Shown: positions 26,788 to 36,212 of the stretch, in pieces
Numbering within the stretch: position 1 is the stretch's first letter
Layout: every line of letters starts with the position of its first letter
Source of the DNA: Trichormus sp. ATA11-4-KO1
GTDB taxonomy: Bacteria; Cyanobacteriota; Cyanobacteriia; Cyanobacteriales; Nostocaceae
Length of the DNA stretch: 64,000 nt
Reading direction: 5' to 3'
NCBI GenBank assembly: GCA_019358915.1
Contig: JAHHIM010000006.1
Coordinates: 107,340 to 171,339, forward strand
Translations under genes and position numbers: made by a program
Notes under the pieces: model-generated
The model's database searches: none
Told to the model about the DNA's origin: nothing
What the model saw: only the letters and a program-made list of their open reading frames with translations

Positions 26788-27412
26788 AGTAATTATTTTT
26801 GATTTTGATGGCACGATTGCGGATACAGTAGATGCTCTAGTAAGTATTGCTAATCGTTTAGCTGTAGAGTTTGGTTATGTACAAATTACGCCAGAAGAAC
26901 TGGCATTGCTGAGAAATTTTACCTCTAGAGAAATTATTAAATATTCAGGCATTTCTCTCTTTAGAATTCCTTTTCTCCTCAAGAAAGTTAAAGGTGAATT
27001 AAAAAATAAAATTCAAGAATTTCAACCTATTCCGGGAATTCAAGAAGTTTTAATAGAACTCCAAAGTCAAGGTTATAGGTTGGGAATTATTACGTCTAAT
27101 TCTCAAGAAAATGTCAAAGCTTTTCTCAAAAACAACGAGTTAGATCAATTATTTGATTTTATCTACTCGGCAGTCACCATTTTTGGCAAAACCACCATAA
27201 TTAACAATGTACTCAGACAAAAGCAACTCAAACCGCAAGCCGTCATTTATGTCGGAGATGAAACCCGGGATATAGAAGCATCGAAAAAGGCTAACATTAA
27301 AGTAATAGCAGTGACTTGGGGATTCAATTCACCAGAAGTGTTAGCTAAACAAAATCCAGATTTTTTGATTCATCAACCCAGCGAACTATTAGAAGTTATG
27401 AAAATCTGTTAA
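26777..27412 (+). CDS. HAD-IA family phosphatase (phosphoglycolate phosphatase-like)
   Basis: IFDFDGTIADT, ITSN, YVGDETRDI and VTWGF motifs. Overlaps the queG stop. Confidence 0.88.
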   Translation: MTNKVIIFDFDGTIADTVDALVSIANRLAVEFGYVQITPEELALLRNFTSREIIKYSGISLFRIPFLLKKVKGELKNKIQEFQPIPGIQEVLIELQSQGYRLGIITSNSQENVKAFLKNNELDQLFDFIYSAVTIFGKTTIINNVLRQKQLKPQAVIYVGDETRDIEASKKANIKVIAVTWGFNSPEVLAKQNPDFLIHQPSELLEVMKIC

Positions 27413-27515
27413 ATTTGAAAGCGCCTTCACCCTGGAAGGGTGAGGCTGTATGTTCAAATTATGTTGACGCAGGATAAGCAGAGAAGAATTTATACTTTCT
27501 CAAACACAGAAAAGC

Positions 27516-27890
27516 TTACTTTTTCCCTTGACCTTTTTTCAAAGCCTTTTGGACTAAATCATCATTAACCCTAGTTACAGCCTCATCCTTTGAACCCCCA
27601 ACTTCCTTAGCCATTTCTACATAATCATTGGGGTTTCCGGTGGATTGCGCTTCAGTTTTTGTGGCTTCTGTGGCAGAAACTTCTTGTTTTGGTGCAGTTG
27701 CTGCTGAAGCGGCTGCTTTACCTTCATCTGTGCGGTCAATTTCACTAACACTAAATTCCTGGGCTGCTGCATAATCAGCATCAAAATCTACTTTTGGTGT
27801 TTTTTCTTCACCACTAGCCATATTTTCAGCAGCTAATTGTGCATCATGGGTAGAAGCTTCATTAACATTGGGTTTCACTTGATCATTCAT
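27516..27890 (-). CDS. Small acidic, hydrophilic hypothetical protein
   Basis: 124 aa from ATG at 27890; A/E/D/K-rich with few aromatic residues. Confidence 0.7.
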   Translation of the reverse strand: MNDQVKPNVNEASTHDAQLAAENMASGEEKTPKVDFDADYAAAQEFSVSEIDRTDEGKAAASAATAPKQEVSATEATKTEAQSTGNPNDYVEMAKEVGGSKDEAVTRVNDDLVQKALKKGQGKK

Positions 27891-28104
27891 AAATAAAAAC
27901 CTTGGGTAATTTTCCAACTGCTGGGGCGATTTTACCAAAGCCATTAGCAATACCCTTTCTCTCTTAGGAGATATTTGGATATCTATTAATGGTTAAGTAA
28001 AAACTTAAAGATTTAATTAATACAACTCTTTCTTGAGGAAGTAGATTCCATGTATGAAATTTTGATAATCATATAGTTAAATCTATGAATAATGGAGATA
28101 AATT

Positions 28105-28635
28105 GTGACTGCAAGTTCCAATCAAACTTTTTCTCAAGCTCAAAGTAACGAAACTTTGAAAGTAGTAGAAGCGTTTAATGCTTTAGATACCGATGCTAAA
28201 CTAGCTTGGCTATATTTTGTTTATGAAAAAATGGGTAAATCCATTACTCCAGCCGCGCCGGCTGCGGCTGAACCAGAACTTGCACCACTGCTTTTAGGAG
28301 ATTATTTAAAATTGTCAGATGAGCAACAACTGGCAATTATGCGGGATATAGTTAACTGTGAAGACACAGATTATTCTCGTGCTTATGGTGCGATTAAAGA
28401 AAATAACCAACTTTTAGTTTGGTATGCTTGGGCAGTAGCTATGGGCGATACAGTAGTGGGGATGCCAGATAACTACAAGTCAACTGATGCTATCAATAAT
28501 TTACTGTCCCAAATTGAGGGATTGGATTTTGAAGGGCAAATTTCAGTCCTGCGGACAATCGCTGGTGAAATGGGTTATAGCGATGTTAAGCCTATTGAAA
28601 CACAAGCACAAACAGGTAAAACACCGAGTTTGTAA
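28105..28635 (+). CDS. Second, divergent helical carotenoid protein
   Basis: LDTDAKLAWLYFVYEKMGKSITPAAP, QLAIMRDI, SRAYG and LDFEGQISVLR motifs. GTG start with GGAG SD. Confidence 0.88.
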   Translation: MTASSNQTFSQAQSNETLKVVEAFNALDTDAKLAWLYFVYEKMGKSITPAAPAAAEPELAPLLLGDYLKLSDEQQLAIMRDIVNCEDTDYSRAYGAIKENNQLLVWYAWAVAMGDTVVGMPDNYKSTDAINNLLSQIEGLDFEGQISVLRTIAGEMGYSDVKPIETQAQTGKTPSL

Positions 28636-28648
28636 TGCGGCTGGCGAG

Positions 28649-29413
28649 TTAGGACATAGCCAGTTGAGTTAAGTCGGTAGGAGTCAAGTTGGTGTGGATA
28701 ACTTCACCATCACGAAACCAAACGATGCGCTGGGTTTGACGGGCAACTTCGGGTTCATGAGTTACCATGACAACTGTAATTCCACTGGCATTTAATTCGC
28801 CAAAAATGTCCAATACTTCTTGCGTTGTGCGCGAATCAAGGGCGCCAGTGGGTTCATCAGCTAAGAGGACAACGGGACGATTGACAATAGCACGCGCGAT
28901 CGCTACCCGTTGTTGTTGTCCACCAGATAATTGATTAGGTTTATTATTGAGGCGGTTTTCTAAGCCGACTTTTTTTAATGCGGCGGCGGCGCGATCGCGT
29001 CTTTCTGTAGGATTAATACTTGCGTATACCATTGGCAAGATGACATTTTCTAATGCTGTCAGTTGGGGTAATAAGTGGAATTGCTGGAACACAAACCCCA
29101 GTTTGATATTGCGGATTTTTGCTAACTCTGCATCATCCATTTGTGCCACATCAACGTTATCTAAGTAATACTGACCAGCAGTAGGACGATCTAAACAGCC
29201 GATAATATTCATGGCCGTGGATTTGCCAGAACCAGAAGGCCCCATAATGGAACAATATTCCCCCTCATATATAGTCAAATTCACATCATTGAGGGCTTTG
29301 ACTTCGGTTTCACCACTGCCGTAGATTTTAAATATATTCTCCAGACGAATAATTGTTGATTGCGGTGCAGGATGAGGAACGAGAGAATCCGTAATTGTGA
29401 TCATGTTTGCCAT
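28649..29413 (-). CDS. ABC transporter ATP-binding protein (LolD/MacB-like)
   Basis: [43 protein letters not shown] and VTHE motifs. Confidence 0.92.
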   Translation of the reverse strand: MANMITITDSLVPHPAPQSTIIRLENIFKIYGSGETEVKALNDVNLTIYEGEYCSIMGPSGSGKSTAMNIIGCLDRPTAGQYYLDNVDVAQMDDAELAKIRNIKLGFVFQQFHLLPQLTALENVILPMVYASINPTERRDRAAAALKKVGLENRLNNKPNQLSGGQQQRVAIARAIVNRPVVLLADEPTGALDSRTTQEVLDIFGELNASGITVVMVTHEPEVARQTQRIVWFRDGEVIHTNLTPTDLTQLAMS

Positions 29414-29455
29414 AAGAATTGAGTTATATACAAGTTACTTAGTAAGCGATCGCCC

Positions 29456-29578
29456 TTGAGTTACGATAACACCTGCAAATATCTTGCCGAAACCTACCCT
29501 GCTGAATTTGCCAGATGGTTGCTATCATCTGATACCTCTGACATCCAGGTACTAAAAACAGAATTAACCCCAAGTTAA
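29456..29578 (+). pseudogene. Truncated N-terminus of an Rpn-family / DUF4351-type PD-(D/E)XK protein
   Basis: Translated by hand from TTG: MSYDNTCKYLAETYPAEFARWLLSSDTSDIQVLKTELTPS*. It stops where the family normally continues with ...EPIRADS. Confidence 0.7.
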
Positions 29579-29929
29579 GGTTGTGAGGCAGTTGTCAAGG
29601 GGATTTTAGAAGGTGCTTGAAAGAAAAATTCAGATGTGCCTCGTTGTTTATCAGGGAAGGATGCAACAATGAGCTTCATGTTTGGTTTTCGTTGTCGTTG
29701 TCGTTTAACAATGCCTAAATCTTGATTTTCTGGTGCAGCGAAATATTTGATAGGGTCAGTTGCCTTGCCTTTTTGATGAGCAACATGAATCAATTCAAAA
29801 TTCAAAATTCAAAATGAAATAAACAAGTCAAATCCTCTTCGCTTCTGCCTCCTGCCTCCTGACTTGTTTCTTGAAAGATGGTGTGCAAATCTCCTGCTAG
29901 AAAACAGACTTGCTCTTCCCTTATCCCCT

Positions 29930-32278
29930 CTAATCCGAGGCAGATGGGCTAGGTCTAAGTCTCTCTCTCCATGAGGGCTGGGGTGTAGCAGAACCAGAAC
30001 TATTACTGGTGGGGGGTAAAGACCGTCGAGTCCTAGATGGTGGCGTAGCCTCCGATTCTACTGTTCTACGCCGTCTAGAAGGAGAAGACACACTGGCAGA
30101 TGTGTTGGTATTTTGCTGTTGAGAACGTCTTCTATATCTTCTAGATGAACGGCTATCATTAGAACTGACAGCCGTTGTCTGACTCGTAGTAGAGGAAAGA
30201 GAACGATGCTGCACTGATTTAGGCTTGAGAGGTTTTGCCTTAATACTGCCTTTACGACCCTCTAGTTTAGGTCTTTCGGGAAACTTTTCTACAGGCATCC
30301 CTTCTATTGCTTTTTCCATAAATTCCCGCCAGGTGTAAGCAGCACTACCACTGCCTCCGGAAGTTGGGCGGTTGTTATCATTCCCTAGCCAAACCCCTAC
30401 TACTAGTTGGGGGATGTAACCAATGAACCACAAATCGCGGGCTTCATCAGAGGTGCCAGTTTTCCCAGCGACAGGTCTATTCTTTAATTGGGCAGGGCCA
30501 CCAGTACCGGCTTCTACGACGTTACGTAACATCCAGGTCATGATCCCAGCACTAGTAGGGTCAAGAACTCGCTGATGCTGGAAATCAGCTGACCAGATTA
30601 CCTGTCCTTGGCGGTCAAGGATGCGGCGAATGCCATGAGCTTCTACATACAATCCTTGAGTAGCAAAGCTACCATAAGCGTTGGTTAACTCTAGCAGATT
30701 CACTTCATTTGAGCCAAGAGCTAAGGAATAGGTCGGCTGGAGTTCCGATTTAATGCCTAAATTACGGGCAGTATTAATAATTGGCTCAAATCCTATATCA
30801 ATTAATACTTTCACCGCAATTATATTAATAGAACGGGTGAGGGCATCTCGCATAGTCATCGAACCCCGGAAGGTGTTGCCATAGTTTTTCGGTTCGTAGT
30901 CATCGACTACAAAGGGTGCATCTAAGTAGCTGTCATTGGGACTTTTACCAGTAGCTATGGCTGCGGCATAGACAAATCCCTTAAATGTTGATCCTGGTTG
31001 ACGCTGTGCCTGGGTAACCCGATTAAACTGATTCTTCTCAAAGTCTTTGCCCCCAACCATTGCTTGAATTTCACCATTGCGGGGGTCGATGGCTACTAAA
31101 GCTCCTTGAGTAAAGTTTTGCCAGCGTCCTTGCTCTTGCAAGGTTTTAGTAACTGCTGCTTCTGCTGCCTCCTGCCAAGTGGGATTTAAGGTGGTTTCTA
31201 CTACTAATCCTCCTTGTGTCAGTAAATCGGGGGATACATACTTGGGCAGTTCTTGCAAAACGTAACTGGCAAAGTAGGGAGATTCGACTTGTAATCGTTT
31301 GGGAAAACTGCTGTTGAGGGTTAGCGATTCTTGAGCAGCTGCCTGTCTTTCAGATGCTGTAATAAATTTATCTTCATACATCCGTTGTAATACTAAATTT
31401 CGTCGTTGTATGGCGGCGGCTGGATTTTGCGCTGGGGAGTACAAACTGGGGGCGGGAGCTAATCCAGCAATCATTGCCGCTTCCCCCAAGGACAGTTGGT
31501 CTACTGATTTACTGAAATATACCCAGGCGGCATCTGCTACACCATAAGCTCCAGAACCTAAGTACACTAGATTGAGGTAACGCTCGATAATTTGGTCTTT
31601 AGTCAATTCTTGCTCCATCTTCTGTGCCAGACGGACTTCTTTGAGTTTGCGCCAAATTGTCTGCTCTTGTTTGAGGAAAAGAATTCGTGCTAGCTGTTGG
31701 GTGATAGTACTACCACCTTCTACCACAGTCTGCGATCGCAAATTATTAAAAGCTGCTCTCAGTATTCCTTGAGGATCAATCCCCTGATGATGTGCAAACC
31801 TTCTGTCTTCTGAAGCGATGAAAGCTTGTTTGAGTTGATTGGGTACTTGCTCAAGTCTTAGCCGTTCTCTAGTGGCTTCACCTTGTTGTTGTAATATACT
31901 GCCATCAACTGCTTTGATAGTCAGTGTTCGCTCTCGGGTAACAACTTTTAACTGAGATTTATCCGGTAAAGTTTGGTCTATGGTGCTAATGAAGTAGTTC
32001 AAGGCAATGATGCCACCGCCTAAACTCAAACCTGCCCAAAACCATAGACGACGATAAAAAGGTCTATCGCGACTGGTAAATTGGGAAATAATTCCAGAGG
32101 GTACGCCACCCATCTGATTCAATAACTGCCTTGCTCTCATTAACTTTGTGGGTAATAAGCTCTCATGTGCGGGTTCCTCGTTCTCGTAATGATTACCAGA
32201 CGACAATCGCGGTTCCTCCTTGTCAGAGTCACTCAAATTGGTTGATCTTTGCTTGAACCAGGAGGTGAGCTTCCCCAC
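29930..32278 (-). CDS. Class A penicillin-binding protein (PBP1A family)
   Basis: TM anchor; EDRRF, GGSTITQQL and RKLKE transglycosylase motifs; QPGSTFK, SIN and KTGT transpeptidase motifs; Ser/Arg-rich tail. Confidence 0.95.
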   Translation of the reverse strand: MGKLTSWFKQRSTNLSDSDKEEPRLSSGNHYENEEPAHESLLPTKLMRARQLLNQMGGVPSGIISQFTSRDRPFYRRLWFWAGLSLGGGIIALNYFISTIDQTLPDKSQLKVVTRERTLTIKAVDGSILQQQGEATRERLRLEQVPNQLKQAFIASEDRRFAHHQGIDPQGILRAAFNNLRSQTVVEGGSTITQQLARILFLKQEQTIWRKLKEVRLAQKMEQELTKDQIIERYLNLVYLGSGAYGVADAAWVYFSKSVDQLSLGEAAMIAGLAPAPSLYSPAQNPAAAIQRRNLVLQRMYEDKFITASERQAAAQESLTLNSSFPKRLQVESPYFASYVLQELPKYVSPDLLTQGGLVVETTLNPTWQEAAEAAVTKTLQEQGRWQNFTQGALVAIDPRNGEIQAMVGGKDFEKNQFNRVTQAQRQPGSTFKGFVYAAAIATGKSPNDSYLDAPFVVDDYEPKNYGNTFRGSMTMRDALTRSINIIAVKVLIDIGFEPIINTARNLGIKSELQPTYSLALGSNEVNLLELTNAYGSFATQGLYVEAHGIRRILDRQGQVIWSADFQHQRVLDPTSAGIMTWMLRNVVEAGTGGPAQLKNRPVAGKTGTSDEARDLWFIGYIPQLVVGVWLGNDNNRPTSGGSGSAAYTWREFMEKAIEGMPVEKFPERPKLEGRKGSIKAKPLKPKSVQHRSLSSTTSQTTAVSSNDSRSSRRYRRRSQQQNTNTSASVSSPSRRRRTVESEATPPSRTRRSLPPTSNSSGSATPQPSWRERLRPSPSASD

Positions 32279-32460
32279 GTCAGTTCCTCACTCAAAGTAG
32301 CTGAAACCTAACCACCCGAATCAAATGTTGGGGTTAGCGCACCATGTTTGTGTTAGTATAATAGCTCATAAATAATTAACTGAATTCAGTAATACATAAA
32401 AATGTTTCTTGGGATTGATTGATAATTTTTTGTAATTATTTATACAATAGTTGAAAATAA

Positions 32461-32994
32461 TTGTTCCTAGCAGCAAGCTCATTAAATACATCTTGTATAG
32501 GTGCAGTAGCTAAATCTACTGTCATTGCCCTCGGTGGAAATATTGGTGATTCCCAGGCAATTTTAACAGCAGCCATAGAGATATTAGCTCAGACACCAGG
32601 TATTAAGTTACAAGCCAAATCCAGTTGGTATATAACTAAAGCTGTAGGGCCACCGCAACCAGATTACTTAAACGGTTGTGCCATATTGCAAGTAGAAATG
32701 CCACCGCAGCTATTATTAGAGACGTTATTAGCAACAGAACAAAAATTTGGGCGAGTGCGTCAACAACGCTGGGGCGCGCGATCGCTTGATTTAGATTTGT
32801 TGTTATATGATGACTTAATCATGGATACGCCCAACCTGCAAATTCCTCATCCCCGAATGCGAGAGCGTGCTTTTGTTTTAGTGCCACTTGCGGAGATTGC
32901 GCCAGATTGGGTAGAACCAATTTCTGGACGCGTGATTAAAGATTTACTCAAAGAGGTAGACTGTTCTGGTGTACATTTATTAGAGAGCAATTAA
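32461..32994 (+). CDS. folK: 6-hydroxymethyl-7,8-dihydropterin pyrophosphokinase
   Basis: IALGGNIGD, QPDYLN, RWGARSLDLDLL and IPHPRMRERAFVLVPL motifs. Confidence 0.95.
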   Translation: MFLAASSLNTSCIGAVAKSTVIALGGNIGDSQAILTAAIEILAQTPGIKLQAKSSWYITKAVGPPQPDYLNGCAILQVEMPPQLLLETLLATEQKFGRVRQQRWGARSLDLDLLLYDDLIMDTPNLQIPHPRMRERAFVLVPLAEIAPDWVEPISGRVIKDLLKEVDCSGVHLLESN

Positions 32995-33086
32995 AATTAC
33001 CAGTCATAAACGCAGAAAAAGACACTGATTTGATTAATCGAACAGTGTTTGTATGTATATGTAGGTAGACATAACAGAATTTTACT

Positions 33087-33638
33087 ATGCCATTAGGTAG
33101 AGAATTACCACAACTACTAAAACAATGCTTGTTTTATAAAGGTCGCAAGTTTGATTTTGAAGTCAATCGCTTGCGTTTACCTAACAAAGCAGAAGGAGAT
33201 TGGGAATGTATTCGTCATCCAGGCGGAGCCTTAGCAGTGCCCGTGACAGCAGAAGGTAAACTTGTACTTGTGCGCCAGTATCGTTTTGCCATTCAAGGCA
33301 GGATATTAGAGTTTCCCGCAGGAACTGTGGAACTCAGTGAAGATCCCTTGGAGACAATACAACGGGAAATTGAAGAGGAAACTGGCTATAGTGCCCAAAA
33401 ATGGGATAAATTAGGCGAGTTTTTCCTGGCTCCTGGCTATTCAGACGAAATTATTTATGCTTTTCTCGCACGAGATTTGGCAAAGCTGGAAAGCCCACCG
33501 AAAAAAGATGAAGATGAGGACATTGAAACTGTACTGATGACTCCCGAAGAACTGGAGAAAGCTATTCTCCAAGGTGAGCCGGTAGATGCGAAATCAATTT
33601 CTAGCTTTTTACTAGCGCGTCCTTTGCTCGTTTATTAA
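33087..33638 (+). CDS. NUDIX hydrolase (ADP-ribose pyrophosphatase-like)
   Basis: VRQYR and EFPAG...QREIEEETGY Nudix box. Confidence 0.9.
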   Translation: MPLGRELPQLLKQCLFYKGRKFDFEVNRLRLPNKAEGDWECIRHPGGALAVPVTAEGKLVLVRQYRFAIQGRILEFPAGTVELSEDPLETIQREIEEETGYSAQKWDKLGEFFLAPGYSDEIIYAFLARDLAKLESPPKKDEDEDIETVLMTPEELEKAILQGEPVDAKSISSFLLARPLLVY

Positions 33639-33645
33639 CATCTGA

Positions 33646-33683
33646 CAATCTCCTGTTAAGTACTGTTTGATAACGGGAGATTG
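33646..33683. terminator. Hairpin after the NUDIX gene
   Basis: CAATCTCCTGTTA...TAACGGGAGATTG, a 13-bp stem with one G-U pair. Confidence 0.55.
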
Positions 33684-33729
33684 CCTTTCACAGAAATTTT
33701 ATGTATAGCAGTTGCCACTTAGCTTAGCA

Positions 33730-33896
33730 CATATCTTGCACCTAGCCCCAACGAATGAAATTCGTGGCTATACAAACGAAGTCCGCGGCTCGACTGACTT
33801 GTACTGAGCCTTGTCGAAGTAGCCTTCGCCGAACTCTTGTCGAAGTGCGGGTTTTGTTCGTGTAGCCGCGACTTCAGTCGCTTGGTGCAAGATGTG
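33730..33896. mobile_element. MITE-like element containing nested small repeats
   Basis: Terminal inverted repeats CATATCTTGCACC / GGTGCAAGATGTG (12 of 13 match), internal arms GTGGCTATACAAAC / GTTCGTGTAGCCGC and repeated CTTGTCGAAGT modules. Confidence 0.7.
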
Positions 33897-33950
33897 AATT
33901 AGGTCATAAACTAATCATCAAATCAAGATACCAAAAGACTTTCAAGCCTA

Positions 33951-34607
33951 TCACCTGTCACCTGGCTCACGATTAATCCAAATACCCCTGAGTCCAGCAG
34001 CTTTAGCACCTTGATAGTCTTCTACAATGCTGTCACCAATATGCCATGCCTTTTCGGGTGGACAATTATGTTTTTCTAAAGCGATCGCAAAAATTTTAGG
34101 ATCAGGTTTAGCTGCACATACCTGGGTAGAAATAGTCACAGAGGTAAAATAACTACTCAGTCCTAAACTTTGCAATACCGAGTAAATTCGGGAATCAAAA
34201 TTGGACAGCACCCCTAGTTCAACTCCCTGTCGCCGCCAGTTCCCCAAGGATGACAAGACATCGGGATAAACAAACCACGGTTCCGCAGTCCCAAAGTGAA
34301 TATAAAGTTCGCTAAAAAAAGCGGAAAAATCAGAAAATTGCTGAAGAACGCCTGCACTTTCAAAAGTATTGAGGGCAATTATCCGCCACCAATCAAACTC
34401 TCGTTGGGGAATATCATGTGAGTCTGCATCTGGGAATATGGGTGGCGGTGCTGCTTTAAAGCTTTGGAGAAACTTTGTATTCAAGATTTCGGCTGAAACT
34501 TCAACATCAAATTCTTGGGCTATCTGACTATAAACTTCGCCCACACTACCTTTAACTCCAAAGAGTGTGCCCACAGCATCTAAAAAAATAACTTTCGGTC
34601 GTTCCAT
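33951..34607 (-). CDS. HAD-IA family hydrolase (REG-2/HDHD3-like)
   Basis: FLDAVGTL, SNFDSR, KPDPKIF and HIGDS..EDYQGA motifs. Confidence 0.9.
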   Translation of the reverse strand: MERPKVIFLDAVGTLFGVKGSVGEVYSQIAQEFDVEVSAEILNTKFLQSFKAAPPPIFPDADSHDIPQREFDWWRIIALNTFESAGVLQQFSDFSAFFSELYIHFGTAEPWFVYPDVLSSLGNWRRQGVELGVLSNFDSRIYSVLQSLGLSSYFTSVTISTQVCAAKPDPKIFAIALEKHNCPPEKAWHIGDSIVEDYQGAKAAGLRGIWINREPGDR

Positions 34608-34752
34608 CAAACTTTTTATAATTATGAATGTCTAATTTTAGATTTTGGTAAGGCAGTGTGATTTTTTTGGTTCCCCAAATGAGTGACTGCCGTAAGATAC
34701 CCGAAGGAAGGACTTATGAGAGTTTCAGTGATGAGGTAGCACCTATGACTGT

Positions 34753-35946
34753 TTACTTTGAAAGTGTATCTATAATAGGACGGACTAGCCAATTAAAACC
34801 AACTTTTAGCTGATGATCTAAAGTTGGCATGCGATACAGATAGGCAAGACGGCGGGCAATATATGCTAAAGAACCATCTAGTTTGATTCCTAAACCAGTC
34901 AAGGTAGCGTTGTCTTTTCCCAGTGTCATCATTTCCCCTAACTGCTGGTAACGGAAAGGCAGCAAAGGGCGATTAGTTAAAGAAGCCCAGATGTTCCAAG
35001 CAGTATAATCAGCTTGTTGAAAAGCAGCTTGGGCTGTAGCAGGGACTTGTTGTCCTTCAGTATCAAGACAGTCTGCTAAATCTCCCAAGGCAAATATTTC
35101 TGGATGATCTAAAACTTGCAGCGTCGGTGTAGTGCTGATTTGACCACGCTGATTTTGCTTGAGAGGAAGTGCGCGGACAACAGGTGCAACTCGCGTTCCC
35201 ACAGTCCAAATTACCAATTCTACGGGAATCGTATCTACTTGATTTTTGTACTCTAGAGAAATAGTATCTGCCCCAATTGATTCTACTTTGGTTTCTAAAT
35301 CTAGAAACACACCCCTTGCTTCTAAAGCTTTTTTGGCAGCTTCGCGGTTAAATTCTGGGGAAGTTCGTAAAATTTGGTCGCCGATTTCAATTAAGCGGAA
35401 ACGTCCTCTTTCGCCTAATCTGTCGGCTAACTTACAGGCTAATTCAACGCCACTGTAACCAGCACCCACAATTGCCACGCGAATTTTCTCTACATCCGAT
35501 TCTGCCAAAATTCGCAGACGTTCTTCCAAACGATAGGCATCAGTGATAGTGCGGAATGGGTAAGCGTAGGATGTAGCACCGGGAACCATATCTAGGGGGG
35601 TTTCCCCACCCAATGCCAAGATTAGTCGGTCATAGGGAATTTCCGGCCCATCCTGTAAGTGTACTCGTTGCTGGTCAGTGTCAATGCCAGACACCACAGC
35701 TTGATAAAAACGCACACCTGTGTTTTGTAAAAGTTCTGTAAACGGCGGGGCAATTTCCCAGGTTTGTAGTTCCCCAGTCAATAATTCGTACAGTAAAGGA
35801 GAAAATATAAAGCGATCGCTTTGATCAACTAGGATAATTTCGGGTTTTTGTGTATTTTCCCAAGGTAACTGGCTTAAGCGCAAGGCAGTGTACAGACCAC
35901 CAAAGCCTCCACCAAGGATACATATTCTCGCAGTTTGTTGAGTCAT
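34753..35946 (-). CDS. ndbB: Type-2 NAD(P)H dehydrogenase, NdbB/NDC1 type
   Basis: ICILGGGFGGLYTALRL, FSPLLYELLTGE..WEIAP, VGAGYSGVELACKLADRL and ATAQAAFQQADY motifs. Confidence 0.8.
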   Translation of the reverse strand: MTQQTARICILGGGFGGLYTALRLSQLPWENTQKPEIILVDQSDRFIFSPLLYELLTGELQTWEIAPPFTELLQNTGVRFYQAVVSGIDTDQQRVHLQDGPEIPYDRLILALGGETPLDMVPGATSYAYPFRTITDAYRLEERLRILAESDVEKIRVAIVGAGYSGVELACKLADRLGERGRFRLIEIGDQILRTSPEFNREAAKKALEARGVFLDLETKVESIGADTISLEYKNQVDTIPVELVIWTVGTRVAPVVRALPLKQNQRGQISTTPTLQVLDHPEIFALGDLADCLDTEGQQVPATAQAAFQQADYTAWNIWASLTNRPLLPFRYQQLGEMMTLGKDNATLTGLGIKLDGSLAYIARRLAYLYRMPTLDHQLKVGFNWLVRPIIDTLSK

Positions 35947-36060
35947 CGGTTCTATAGGACAGTCAATCCCAGGCAACTAACTTCAGTGTAATGATTTCTT
36001 TCGTTTTATTGCCATGAGCCAACAATCAGAATATTCTCCTTCATGCATACAGAACTAATA

Positions 36061-36164
36061 TTTTTTAACGCAGAGGCACGCTAAGGTAGCGCCGAGTTAC
36101 GCAAAGATTGTCAAATTTTATTCGCGATGTATTCAGTACTTCAGCAGATTAGGAAACACTATAA
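36061..36164 (-). repeat. About 103-bp dispersed repeat, copy 2
   Basis: Reverse complement aligns with 881-983. Confidence 0.85.
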
Positions 36165-36212
36165 GATGACCCAATTCAAGGTTGAAGGTTGGTCGACCAG
36201 TAAAACTATTAA

